Assembly: GCA_025201805.1 (NCBI GenBank)
Contig: MU619301.1
Location: 60,343-124,342 of the forward strand
DNA from: Parasitella parasitica NRRL 2501
Lineage: Eukaryota; Fungi; Mucoromycota
Direction of reading: 5' to 3'
Length of the DNA stretch: 64,000 nt
Position numbers and translations under genes: made by a program. This document shows positions 52,800 to 64,000 of the stretch, piece after piece (position 1 is the stretch's first letter; every line of letters begins with the position of its first letter). The notes beneath the pieces were generated by a model. It saw only the letters and a list, made by a program, of their open reading frames with translations. It had not been told where the DNA came from and searched no databases.

Positions 52800-53360
52800 T
52801 TTCTAAAGGCATTCAGTGGGCTTCAAAGCAAAGTCCAGACATCCGAAGAGAAAACAGATTAGTGGAATGCCCTGCAGTCGCAATTTTTCATCTGTTTACT
52901 ACGCTCAATTATACATTGCAGGAAGAAAAATGGAAACTATGATGAGCTGCACATCTCTTCATTGAAATATACTAGGATACCCAAAGGTGAAGTGCATGAA
53001 GCAGAAGCAAAAATCAAGAGTCCAGGAAAAAATCACAACAATGCTAAACACCGTATACGGTACTAGACAGAATTTGTGGAAGCGGATATTTTTGAACACT
53101 TGACTCTACCCCGCGCTCTCACTTTAGGCTCCAAGCAAATCAATCAAGACACCAGCTTGGCTACCTTTACAAATTCGTTGACTCGGAAAAAGAAGGCCAT
53201 AGAAGGCGGGTATAGAGCTCTGGAGATGAAAAAGAATCTTGGAAAAAACAATGCTCAAGACAATGCGCCGCTGGTCTTGGTTTCCTTTAATTTGGAGTAC
53301 CTTTCCCCTGTTTCGATCCAAACCCCACCATTGCCAGAGGCACACAATTCAACAATTTAG
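52800..53360 (+). pseudogene. Possible Crypton (tyrosine recombinase/NDC10-like) remnant
   Basis: IRRENRLVECPAVAIF and NQDTSLATFTNSLTRK..GGY loosely resemble Crypton motifs; multiple stops. Confidence 0.25.
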
Positions 53361-53789
53361 CCCCATATTTTTTTTGTACAGAAAACAGATACTGGGCTCG
53401 CCTTTCGATAGAGGCAATACTCTCTGAAGCCAAATAAACAAATATAAAAAGTGGGGATAATTCATCGTTAATCGAGCGCTGCATCTTTGACTTTGGCCTT
53501 TTACGGTATTATTGTGTAAGTGACATTTCGATTTTATAAATTGTTTACAAAACATAACCAAAATCATCTGTTTCCTCTTTCGGAATTTAGCTTGCTATAT
53601 CGATACAATACAAGAGATAGCCTTCGATACATAGTTAAAAACAAACGCATGACTATCTGATTTTACTGATTCAGAAGTGCGGCAGCGCGACTTTGTTGTT
53701 GCGATATGAAATACATGTAAACCTTTTTTTTTTTTAAAAAAGTTTGCTGTTTGCGGTTGGAAGGTAAGGTGAGAAGAGGTTACAGAGCT

Positions 53790-54583
53790 ATAGAAAGATA
53801 CTAATCCACAGAGAAGAAAGGAAGTGGAAAATGAGGGATACCAGACGCAATGAAATTGTCTTGTTGGTGTTTGAGAATTTTTGATTCGACGAACGAAAGC
53901 ACAGAGTCCAGAAGAAAGGGAGTGTCAGAAAAGATGAAAGCCCAATGAGAACCCCAAATATATTCGATAGTGGCAGCAACCACCAGAATGCTGGCCGAGG
54001 AAAGTCGGCGTGAAAGCGGATAGTAGTGAGGAGTAGATGGAGATCAAAAGAGGTCCAAGGAAAGGAAAGGAAAGGAAAGGAAGGTGGCGATGTTGAATCG
54101 TTTGCCATACTAACAGTTTGACGGGACACGAGAATCTAAAACGTAAGAGCACAGCTCGAAGGTATGTAGGGTGAACACTTTGGCATCGGTGTTAATCAAT
54201 GCTATTATGGGCTGCCACTTCTTCAAGAGACCTAAGGCGCCTTGTTTTGGAAGCAAAGAAACACACGACTCGAGCCAGCAAGGGACAAGGCATTTTTAAA
54301 TGTCGCCAGGGCGTTTTCGCGACAACCTGGATGCAAAGTAACAAGCTGGTAAGGAAGACCGTCTTGGCAAGGAGGGGATTTGTCAGGAGCATGCGAGAAG
54401 GCTTCAATCAAATCGTCAAAGGTGATGGGAACCACGACAGAGTCAGCGTCAGCATCAGACAGCCAAAGTGAGGCGGGGAGTGCATCTAGCAAGTCGGATA
54501 TAGCCTGAGGATCAATGGGGTTAGACGAATACAGGTCTGTATAGAAGGTGGCTACGAGATCCAGCATCTCCTCTTTTGTCGTG

Positions 54584-54621
<38 letters not shown>

Positions 54622-54900
54622 TGGGGTAGATCAGCGGCGGGATCGACTTCTTGGGCGCCCGGGAGGCGACAGAGCTTTTCAAGAAACCGGCCTAGACTTC
54701 ACCGCGTTCACGCCAATGAATGCCAGAGCGCAAGGCCAAGATTTCAACCTGGTACTGTTGCAGGGAAGCAAGCTGTTCTTTGACAATTCTCAGTTGGTGA
54801 TCCAGCACTGGATGGAGGGAGGGATCAGTGGTCAGCTTTCGCGATAACCCTGAGTGCTTTTTGTGGAGTAGATCTTCTGCACGCGACAATGTGTAGCTCT
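53790..54900 (-). mobile_element. Degraded non-LTR retrotransposon (L1/Tx1-like ORF2 linker and RT N-terminus)
   Basis: EILALRSGIHWRERGE; FYTDLYS..ITFDDL..APDKSPP.DGLPY (degenerate KSPGxDG); frameshifts; (GA)n inserted at ~54588-54619. Confidence 0.8.
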
Positions 54901-55379
54901 ATCGAACTTAAAAAGTCAGACGTCACTACAGCTACCCTACAACAACAACCAAACAAAAACCTGAGGGATCAACACCTGTATTTTAAACGACAAATATCTT
55001 TTTACTGAAAACACTGATAATCAACTCATTTACTTTTGATTTCGCTGGCTGATCCGCTTACGTGGTTCAATTGTACAGATATGAAAACTGCTTTGTAGGA
55101 CGCAAGATTGTAGGACGCAAGATTGAGAGCTTTAATTTGATAGGCTTTCTGGTGGGGTTGAAGCAACTTGGAAAAAGTATTAAAAGCCTGTATGCCTGGA
55201 AAGAGTTCGCGATGAACCTCAGCAACACAATTACATTATCTCATGTTGATTAATCTTATAATTATGGTCTGATCAAACTCAGTGATTAAGCTTCAACTAG
55301 TCCCGCTGGATCACCAACGAGAAAGGTAGATCCAACCATTGTCAGTCTATCACCTAGTAATCGATCGAATATCAGAGGA

Positions 55380-55880
55380 AAATATACACACTCATATCCC
55401 TTTGTCACGTAATAACTTTGAAAAATTCATGTATTTCCATCTCGCATGCCGGCTTACCCTCAAGCCAACAATGTCAAAGAAAGACGCCGCTGATGCCCAT
55501 GATCTTTTCCTAAAGTATAACCGTACATTTGTACAGTTATATACTGCTGAATTTGTACGCCCTTACAATCACCTTCTCATGCATCTGGCTCAAAATATTC
55601 TTGATTTTGGCTCGGTTGTTCGTACTTGGTGCTTCAGCTATGAAAGGTATTACCAAAACGATAAATCAAAATATGCCATTTAATTGATAGCTCTTTCTAA
55701 AGATACAACTACTTACTGAAGCCTATTGATACGAGTCAACGAGGTCACTTTGAGAGGACCATCATGCGCAAGTTTGTTGAGAAGAGCAACTCCATGTCAA
55801 TGATCAACGAGTATGGCAGCGTCCTCCAAGATGAAGAGCAGGCGCTCTTATTCAACATAGCTAATGCAAACGGCCATATA
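55380..55880 (+). mobile_element. CACTA/EnSpm (CMC)-type transposase C-terminal fragment
   Basis: FVQLY..PYNHLLMHL..I.DFGSV..WCFSYER|YNYLLK..FERTIMRKF matches the H..LH..I..FGP..W.F.FER.N signature. Confidence 0.7.
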
Positions 55881-56888
55881 AAAATCATTTTAGCAATTTG
55901 TTGAATAAAGTGTTCTCATGTAATTTTTGAACCTTAATTTTCGAGGATGAAATATAAATGGAAACAACTATGGCATGTCATAACACAAATAAATTACTAA
56001 AGTACGTATCACCACTTTGATAGCTTTTCAATAAGGGTTATTTCAGTATTTCCTGAAGATGATCATATTTCTTCTCGCTTTGTTGACGCGACTCTACCAG
56101 TAAAGAAGTTTCTAAAATGCTGTCCTCAAATGGGTAATACGGTATATTTTCGGGTTCCTGGATGAGAGACTTGGTCCGAAATCCCGGGTATGAGCTAGTA
56201 GCAGCGAGCAATTCAATCTCACCCAAGTCCAAAATTACAAAAGTGGGCAGTAATTTTCAAACATCCGGTAAACTGAGGCCAATCGTACCAATTTAGAGTA
56301 AAACCCTGTATATCATATCCTGATTTGATACCCATCCACATACACCAAGCTTAAAATTGGGGGGAGGGGGAGTGGAGGGTTTTTGCGATATTGATCGCCA
56401 AATGTTCCTAGATCGGGTCAGATTTAATCCCTTTACACATGCAGTAATCTCCATCAGTTATAGAATGACAATGCTTCCATATGTTTACTTTGGAAATCAA
56501 TTCATTGCTGGATTCATGCATTAGTTTTGTCAATGTATTATGATTCAAGTACACCCTGATATTATAATGGCAGCAATAGTAGTAAACCAGAATTCAGGTG
56601 TAACTGTGAGCTAAAGTTTGAGGTTTTTTTTTTTTTTTTTTTTTTNNNNNNNNNNNNNNNNNNNNNNNNNNNNNNNNNNNNNNNNNNNNNNNNNNNNNNN
56701 NNNNNNNNNNNNNNNNNNNNNNNNNTATATATATATGTGTGCGTGTATGTGTGTGTATTATATTACACTATATATTTATATAAAGGCTTGTTGGGTTTAA
56801 TATAGAAGCCAAATAATGATATATAAAAGAGATGGAAACAAAAAAAGGTGGGTTAAAATTTGCTGATCCTGCAGGGTTTCTTTTTTCT

Positions 56889-57570
56889 TCAAGAAGAAGC
56901 GTTTGAATCCTCTTTTGTTGTTTGCGATGCCGCCGCTGAAGCAGCATTCGTTGCAGCCACGGCAGCTGTGGGAGCAACTACATTTTTCTTCTCTGCTTCC
57001 TCTTCGTCGTCATCCTTCACTTCTCCCTCTTCTTGCTCTTCGACTTCTCCCTCTTCAGGCTCCTCTTTGGCTACCGGCATGGGTTTATCTTCTTGCACGT
57101 CAACGGCTTCTTTCTCTGCTGGATCTGGTGCTGAGGGAGTGGTTACAATAGGAGTAGAGATTGGTGCTGGTGGCGATGCTGAGGCAGTGTCTGTAGCCGT
57201 TGTTGCTGTCACAGCAGGTGCAGATTCTTCCTCTTGGTGTTCCCCTTCCTCCTTCTCTTCTGCTGCCGTCGAGGATGTGGGCACTGGTATTGTCGTAGTA
57301 GAAGTAGCAGCGGCAGCTGGCGATGCTTCCTTTTCTTCCTGTTGAGGCTTCTTCTCTTCCTCTTTATTATCATTGCTAGGTCTAGGTTTTTTGTTTTCTT
57401 CTTGCTCATGTTGTAATGCACGTTTCTGGCCCAATTGAGGATTACCCATACTCAACAAAGCATCAGCAACGCTTTCGTCATAATCCTCGTCTACAGGACG
57501 CTGTGGTTGTGATTGCTGTTGAGGTTGCTGCTGCTGCTGCTGCTGCTGGTGATGTTGCTGCTGCTGCTGC

Positions 57571-57631
<61 letters not shown>

Positions 57632-60126
57632 GGTGGTGGTGTTGATGTTGATGTTGATGTTGATGATGGTGGAGCTGCTGTTGATGTTGCTGCTGCTGCT
57701 GCTGCTGCTGTTCCTCCTTCTTCACTTCTTCTTTGGTGCTATATTCCATGGGTTGAGTAGGGGGACGATTGTTATATTCCTCATGTTTCATACGATGGTA
57801 ATCATTGCTGCGGTGTGCGGTGCGAGGAGAAGATGTATTTGAAGAGTCGACTTCCATTGGTCTCTGTGCAGGCGAACGTTGCTCGTAGAATCGATCATTG
57901 TGGCCTGTACGGGGAGATAAACGATGATCAAATTGGTTGGGTGGCGCTAAAGGATGTGAGGTACGCGGAGAAGGTCGAGAATGGGGCAAAGACATAGGCG
58001 CAGGGTTGGGTGAACGAGTTTCCTCTTTAAAGGGTTGGCGCATACTCATGGGAGGCAGATTGGTCTGAGAGCTCTGCTGCTGTTGATGCTGTTGCTGAGG
58101 CGACATGCGCTGCTGCTGCTGCTGCTGGGGTGGCATATGTTGCTGAGGAGGAAGAGATTGCTGCTGTTGCGAATGATGAGGATGTTGCTGTCTTTCGTCG
58201 TGCATAATGGGGTTCATTTGCGAACGATCAGATGGAGTAGGCGCACGGCCGCCGCCAATGTCAGGGATACGCACATCCTCGCGTTGGTTTGAATTGGAAG
58301 GATGAGATCCTGAAGATGGAGGATACTGTCCATAAGGTCCAGGAGAGCGACGGCCAGAACCAGCAGGAGGAGGAGGGCCGGGCATAGGAAGATCTCTGGC
58401 AGGCCCGTTGCTACCTTCGTGGGGGTTCATACTGTGACTCACAATAGGCAATTGTGGTGTGGGTACTCTTTCATCGCGTAATGCTGCATTAGAGCTGCCA
58501 CTGCCCAAAGCGGTATGGTAGGCAGACATGCTGGACGGAGGGCCTGTGGGGGCTGATTGACTATAAGACGCACCAGATAGAGGTTGTCCGTTGTGTCCGC
58601 TTTGATATTGGCTGGGGTTGCTGACATCTTGAGGAACTGGAGCACTGCCGGGCTGTGATGATTGTACATTTTGCGATTTTCGTAGTAATTCAAGACGTTG
58701 CTTGATGTGGGGATTAGATGGATCCAATTCAGCTGCTCTTTGATAGGCATCCAAAGCGTCTTGAACCTGATTGTTACAGGATTCGTAAAGGGTACCCAAA
58801 TCGTACCAAACTTCAGAAATATAAGGGTTTAAGCGGATGGCACGGCTGTAGGCATCCAGTGCGTCGCGGTACTGATTGATCTGGTAATATAAAACACCAA
58901 TAGAACACCAAAAGGTGGGGTTGCGGGCGTCGCGGTAGACGGCTTGCTGGTAAGCTTCGTAGGCTTTGTTATAGTTTTGTTCTGCCATGTAACAACGTCC
59001 AAGCAGGTACCAAGATTGCGCATCGTTACTATCTGACTTGAGAGAGCGGGTGAGATACTGGATTGCCAGTGCCTGGTTGCAGAAAGACGTGTTTTGTTGA
59101 TGGTACAGCCAGCCCAATTGCTGGAGCACTTTGGCATGATCAGGGTTCTCGTTGAGCACACGCTCGTACGCTTCTTTTGCTAATTCATACTACACAAATC
59201 ATCATCAGAGGGGGGGAAAGTTCATGTATAAATTACCTCCTTAAAAACATAATTTAATTACCTCTTTCTGTTGTTCATAGACATGACCAGTTTGGAACCA
59301 AATATCTGACTCAGTTAAAGGTCTTGGAGGGTTGTGAAGAATATAACGGAAACACTGCAGGGCATATCAAGTTAGAAAAAACACACACACATACGCACAC
59401 ACACACGCTTGTGTACTGTGGCCCTTGCCTGCCTTACCTGGAGAGAAAGATCGTATTTCTGTTGCTGTTTGTAGATGATGCCTAGTCTAAAGTAGATTTC
59501 GTTGGCCTTTTCGAATTTGGGGTCCATCTTCATTACAGCTGAGAAGGCCTCCTCTGCATGTTCCAACGAGCCATAGCGATCGTAAAGAATACCAATGCCG
59601 TACCAAAGTTTAGGATCCTGTGTCTGTTTAATAAATCATATCCCTCCTTTTTTTTCTCTTTCCACTGCTGCAAACAATACCTTGGGATTTGAAAGATGAT
59701 ATAAAGCTTGCTGGTAAGCTTGATACGCTTCTTGTAGATTGTCCATCATGAGATAACAATGGCCTAGTGCAGCCCAGGTTTCACCGTTGTTCTCTTGGAT
59801 TGCCAGGATTCGTTTAAAGTATTCAACAGCTCTGCCAAACTGCTCACGTCCTCTGCACAAGGACGCGATTTGAGACAGAGCGACAACGCTGTACGGATTG
59901 TGTCGGAGGGCTGATTCATAGCAATTCATGGCTTTGTCGTAATCGGTCATCATTTCTGCTAAATTGCCTGCCATTGCAATGTACAAAAGAATGTTTGTTA
60001 GAGTGACAACATTTCGTTATGCAACAGTACAAAACGGCATTTACCCATGGTTAACCAGGTCTGTTCGTTCACTTGAGCTAGTTTCTGAGCAGCTGTAACT
60101 TGCTGTGGTGGTACAGTTGCTGCCAT
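56889..60126 (-). CDS. SSN6: General transcriptional corepressor Ssn6/Cyc8 (TPR repeats, polyQ, acidic tail)
   Basis: QKLAQVNEQTWLTMG, DPKLWYGIGILYDRYG, ANEIYFRLGIIYK, DAQSWYLLGRC, NPTFWCSIGVLYYQINQYRDALDAYSRAIRLNP; about 5 coding introns and a 5'UTR intron ~60130-60280. Confidence 0.95.
57525..57712 (-). repeat. Coding (CAG/CAA/CAT)n polyQ/H microsatellite in SSN6
   Basis: Long (TGT)n/(TGC)n runs on the + strand. Confidence 0.95.
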
Positions 60127-62099
60127 TTTCTATCCAGTGCAAAAAGAAGGTTAATACCAGAGCTATTTAGACGGGGGAAAAGAGTTGGATATCTCTCGCT
60201 CCGTTTTATTGTGTGCGTCATGAACAACGTATGAAACGCGACTTTTTCCCACTTTTTGCTGGTTTCGCCATGACATTTACCTTGGATCGTTGCTGACTAA
60301 ATTCGCTTTATTATGGGAAGTCTCTTGAATACAGCTAATTTTACGGTTTTTTTTTATTTTATTTTTTTGGTACAAATCGAGAAAAGTTGATACAAAAAGA
60401 ATTTTTCTTTAAAAGAGGGATTTGTAGAAAAAAAAAAAAAAAAAAAAAAGAATAGAAACATGGTGGTCCCGAGTAAAAAAATTATTTCGTCAATGTTGAA
60501 CAGGACAAGGAGGCGGTTAAACATGCAAATCCTAATAGAGAGGTACTACGCTGCACACATGAAAATTGACATTGAAAAAATGGTCCTTTATTTTATTAGC
60601 TTCCTGCCATTATAATTGCTGTATGCCCAACCTCAATCCATCAATGAACGTACATACGCATCGTGTATAGCAATGCTACTTGTTAAAGGACGCTTGATTA
60701 GATACTGATGAGAGCAGAAGAAGAAGAAAAAAGAAAAAAAAAAAAAAAAAAAAACCACCCTGCTTGTATGTAGATGTTGTATATATAAATATGTATGTAG
60801 GTATTTATGTATTTATGTATGCTCTGCATTTAATCAAAATATCTCGTGAATCTATAATATGTCAAGTTGCACATACATTTAATAGTGATCTGCTGACATC
60901 CCATGAGAAATATATAGTTGCGCTTGTTTCTGAAGCACGTAGAATGTTCAAAGAGCCTTTATAGATGACACACATAATATTTTCTGTTTAGCACATTAAT
61001 AGTTTTTTTTTTCTTTTTTTATTTCTTTCCGTTTTGGCCTCACAGCTTAATCGAGTTATCCCGATAATGCTTAAAATAGCCATAATTTCTTGTGAAAATG
61101 TGCCTGAAAACACATGTGTCACAGTAAAGAATGCCTCTGCAAATTAATTTCTCTGTGAAAAATACTCTCTAAAGCGTACAGTAGAAATGAATGAACATTA
61201 ATCATCGATCATTCACTTTTTCATGTAGATCACAGCTACTGCGAAATCACATTGGAGTTGCAGCCACTGCACTGTTGCCAGCAATTGCTTTGAAATTTCT
61301 GTTTCATCATGTTGGTAAACTTTCACCTATTCTCCGAAATGTATCGTGGAACGTGTTTTGGATACGTTGCAGAATCCTGCTGCTTAATTTTCCTTTTTAA
61401 GAAAATCTTGTAGTCTGTGTCAAAACGAAAGATATAAATCCTGATTTTAAATCACAATAGCAACACTCTTTTTATGGTTTGTTTCAACCATGTCGAGCTG
61501 TTGCTTCTCTATTCAGTGATAATTGTGATGATCGGATATATCAAAAATGGTGGGATGGTTGTAGTAGGCCAGCGGACCATTATTTTCAACATAGGAGCCA
61601 ATAGGGAAGTTGGTTGCAATAGCTGGAAAGCTCTGCGTAATAGCATTATCTTCAATGTCTAGTATCTTTTTATATTTATACATGTATATATATATATATA
61701 CTACTGCACAACCATACCCAAGTTTCATGCATCTCTGCCCATATATCAACATTTATCATTCAGGCCCCCCCCCTAAACCTCATACTTTACCTTTGTTGTA
61801 GACGAAATTGCAAAACATAATTTCGCAAACTTTATAGCTTATACGTCTAGAGCAAGTATCAAATTTCGCAAGTACTGTCTGACTAGAGTGCTGTGGCAAC
61901 ATAATTGGCACGCTAATATAGCTCAACATGAATTACTACGTTCATTGGAATTTATATACATTGTCTGAAGATGCTTTTTTGGGTCCCCAAGTATGCGTAT
62001 GTACTGTATTGAATCGTGATTTCCACTGTTCTGCTACATGTGCATGGAATCGTTTCATGTGTATTGAATGATATATGATATGTATAGTATAGGGATTTA

Positions 62100-63326
62100 T
62101 TATGCTGCATGTCTCTGCTGTAAACCATCTTTATGAAGGTTCACAGAACTGCCTGTAGGTGTACCGGCAACTATACCCTGGTAGTCCAGACGGTAGATTT
62201 TGGGTGGTAAACCTTTACCAAACTTACGATTAATGTGATTTGAACACATGAGGGCTGTAAACATGACAAACAAATGCACAGGGATCATACTGAACGCAGC
62301 AATCCAAGTAATTGTCAACGCTTCTTTGGTAAATGATTGGTACTTGAATTTACAGCCGGGCAGCAAGGTGCGAGGGAAGCATTTGTTGGATCGTTCGTGG
62401 TAGTCGGTAAAGCTCTTGTATCCGCAACAGTGAAGATTAGCTTGAATGCGGGCTCTGCCGTCCGAGTCAAGATCATAATGCCATTGGTACGAGAGTTTGC
62501 CTTCAATATTCCATTTGTTTTTGCGATAGGCTGTGTAACCGATCGCGGCGATGAGACCAAAGCATGGCCATAAGAATAGGTTATATATCGTCAGCGCCGG
62601 TCGGTTGTTCAGCATGATACCGACATAGCCCAGCAGTGATGTAAACAAGCAAACAACACCTGTGGCAAGAATCACTGCAGAGATCAAACAAAGTTTAGAC
62701 ATCATGCTGCTTTTTTGTTATCTACCATTGATCCTTACAATTGAGAATCATTCGTTCTCCTACTAAAACAACATCTGCACGAAGATAAACTATAATGATA
62801 AACAATTTTTTTTTTCTTTTTAGGTATAATCATGTATCGATGTTGCGTGTTGGTCCCCTTACATTTAAAAAAGGTTAATAATGCTAATAGCATAATGCCT
62901 AGTCCATAACAAAACAGCTGAAAAAAAAATAAAAAATAAAAATATTAGGATTATTCAGCTATCAATGTCAGTGTCAATCGAGCAACTTGCCAGTGTGTTG
63001 GAGAGCAACAGCCACCATTTATGTTTGGACCATCTCTGCTTTTTTTTAATGGCTGGATCTGGCATTTGTCTTTTCATGATATGAAGACTAGCTGTATCTA
63101 CTGAAGTGCGAGATCCTATCGATTGACGTGACTCTGACTTCATCCAAGGTAAGACAGGCTCTGGCAAACCATTGTTCTGAAGAGACCCCCATGAGTCTGT
63201 CTGCTCTGGTTTCGATGCAATGCGATGATTAGTGTCTTGTAATGAAACCGATGAACTGGCTTGGCTTGTTTGACTGGTATATGGGTTTTTACCAAGCACT
63301 GATGCTGTTGGCAAAAAACTAGGCAT
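62100..63326 (-). CDS. Fungal tetraspanin (Tsp2-like) with long N-terminal cytoplasmic region
   Basis: Four TM segments; QANLHCCGY..C..LPGCK large loop; KWWLLLSNTL|LFCYGLG; GC-AG intron 62918-62990 plus two GT-AG introns. Confidence 0.85.
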
Positions 63327-63774
63327 GTTTTTTGGTTTCTTTTTTTAATATATATGAAAGAAGAGAAGAAAGGGTAAGATTATTATGTATCTAATTGCAA
63401 GCGAAAAAGATATTTTTAGGCCATGGATTTTGAATTTCCAGGTACACAAAAAAAAAAAAAAAAAACCATCTTTCGATTCCACAACTCCTGTTGCAAGCCG
63501 GAGGGGGGGATAAATATAGATGCCTATAGCCTAAAGGTCAAAACCCATGAAGGGTTTTATCGCTTTGTTGATTGGCTTGGTTAGATTCAATAAGGGCTCC
63601 TTTGGATCTTTCTTAGGGGGGGGGGGGGGCGCCGATGGGAATACTCTTATATTTATATGAGGTAGAAAGGTCGACAATTGATCAGCTTTCATCAGCCATT
63701 ACTCGACATTTAGGTCATCTCGACTAAAATTCAGAAACTGGTATAAATAATCTTTATTGAGGGTACGTTTCTGT

Positions 63775-64000
63775 TCAAGCATAAACTGCACCATAGCCAT
63801 CTTTCTGTCCAGGATGTTGAAATGTAAGCGCTTCTGATGATGGGTTTCCTCCGTTGTTGCGTCGAGCAATTTCTCTGGCAATTTTTCTCTCGTTATCTTC
63901 GTACTTGTCGCCAACCCACAGAGCAGCGCCAACTACATTTGTCCACATGAAAAGAAGGTTGAACAATGGGACCAATTCAAGAGCAACCGCGACAGCGCCA
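63775..64000 (-). CDS. C-terminus of an EI24-domain Rrt8/Lds-like membrane protein (partial)
   Basis: GAVAVALELVPLFNLLFMWTNVVGAALW motif; the gene extends beyond the window edge. Confidence 0.75.
   Translation of the reverse strand, partial: GAVAVALELVPLFNLLFMWTNVVGAALWVGDKYEDNERKIAREIARRNNGGNPSSEALTFQHPGQKDGYGAVYA

Noticed and set aside
53790-54900. Centromeric Grem-LINE1-type signal
   Set aside because: Only a short decayed fragment in otherwise gene-dense DNA; insufficient evidence for a centromere.
57416-57842. Antisense poly-Leu/Val/Ala ORFs
   Set aside because: They are reverse-frame translations of the SSN6 polyQ repeat.
63699-63932. 77-aa minus-strand ORF
   Set aside because: The alternative frame (63775-64000) carries the recognisable EI24/Rrt8 motif.

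Overview
Eukaryotic, intron-rich, AT-rich fungal DNA. Short 50-70 nt GT-AG introns, codon style, gene set and transposon types point to Mucorales (inference; the species cannot be determined). About 22 protein genes are supported: MAK11-like WD40, two Zn2Cys6 transcription factors, a secreted lipocalin-like protein, ADE5,7, a degenerate 2OG-Fe(II) oxygenase, a METTL21-like methyltransferase, an F-box protein, an ABCC transporter, RPL25/RPS12/RPS7/RPL12, a Sel1-repeat protein, ERG4, an NCS-like EF-hand protein, a PIG3-like quinone oxidoreductase, Xaa-Pro peptidase, SSN6/CYC8, a tetraspanin, a partial RRT8/EI24-like gene and a few small orphans. Mobile DNA comprises one intact DD34E Tc1/IS630 element with 176-bp TIRs and a TA target duplication, a decayed hairpin-ended element at the left end, and a TE graveyard at about 50-56.4 kb (LINE, CACTA-like and possible Crypton fragments). 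The most intriguing signal is in the ribosomal-protein genes. They have pyrimidine-tract 5' ends and long self-complementary leader/first introns. RPS7 and RPS12 share an intronic hairpin AUCYAU-GACA-AURGAU with a compensatory base-pair change, a candidate shared RNA regulatory element. Other highlights: two GC-AG introns with an identical 13-nt donor context, a branch-point microsatellite, and a catalytically dead dioxygenase. Exon boundaries were read by eye, and family assignments come from recalled motifs, not from database searches.
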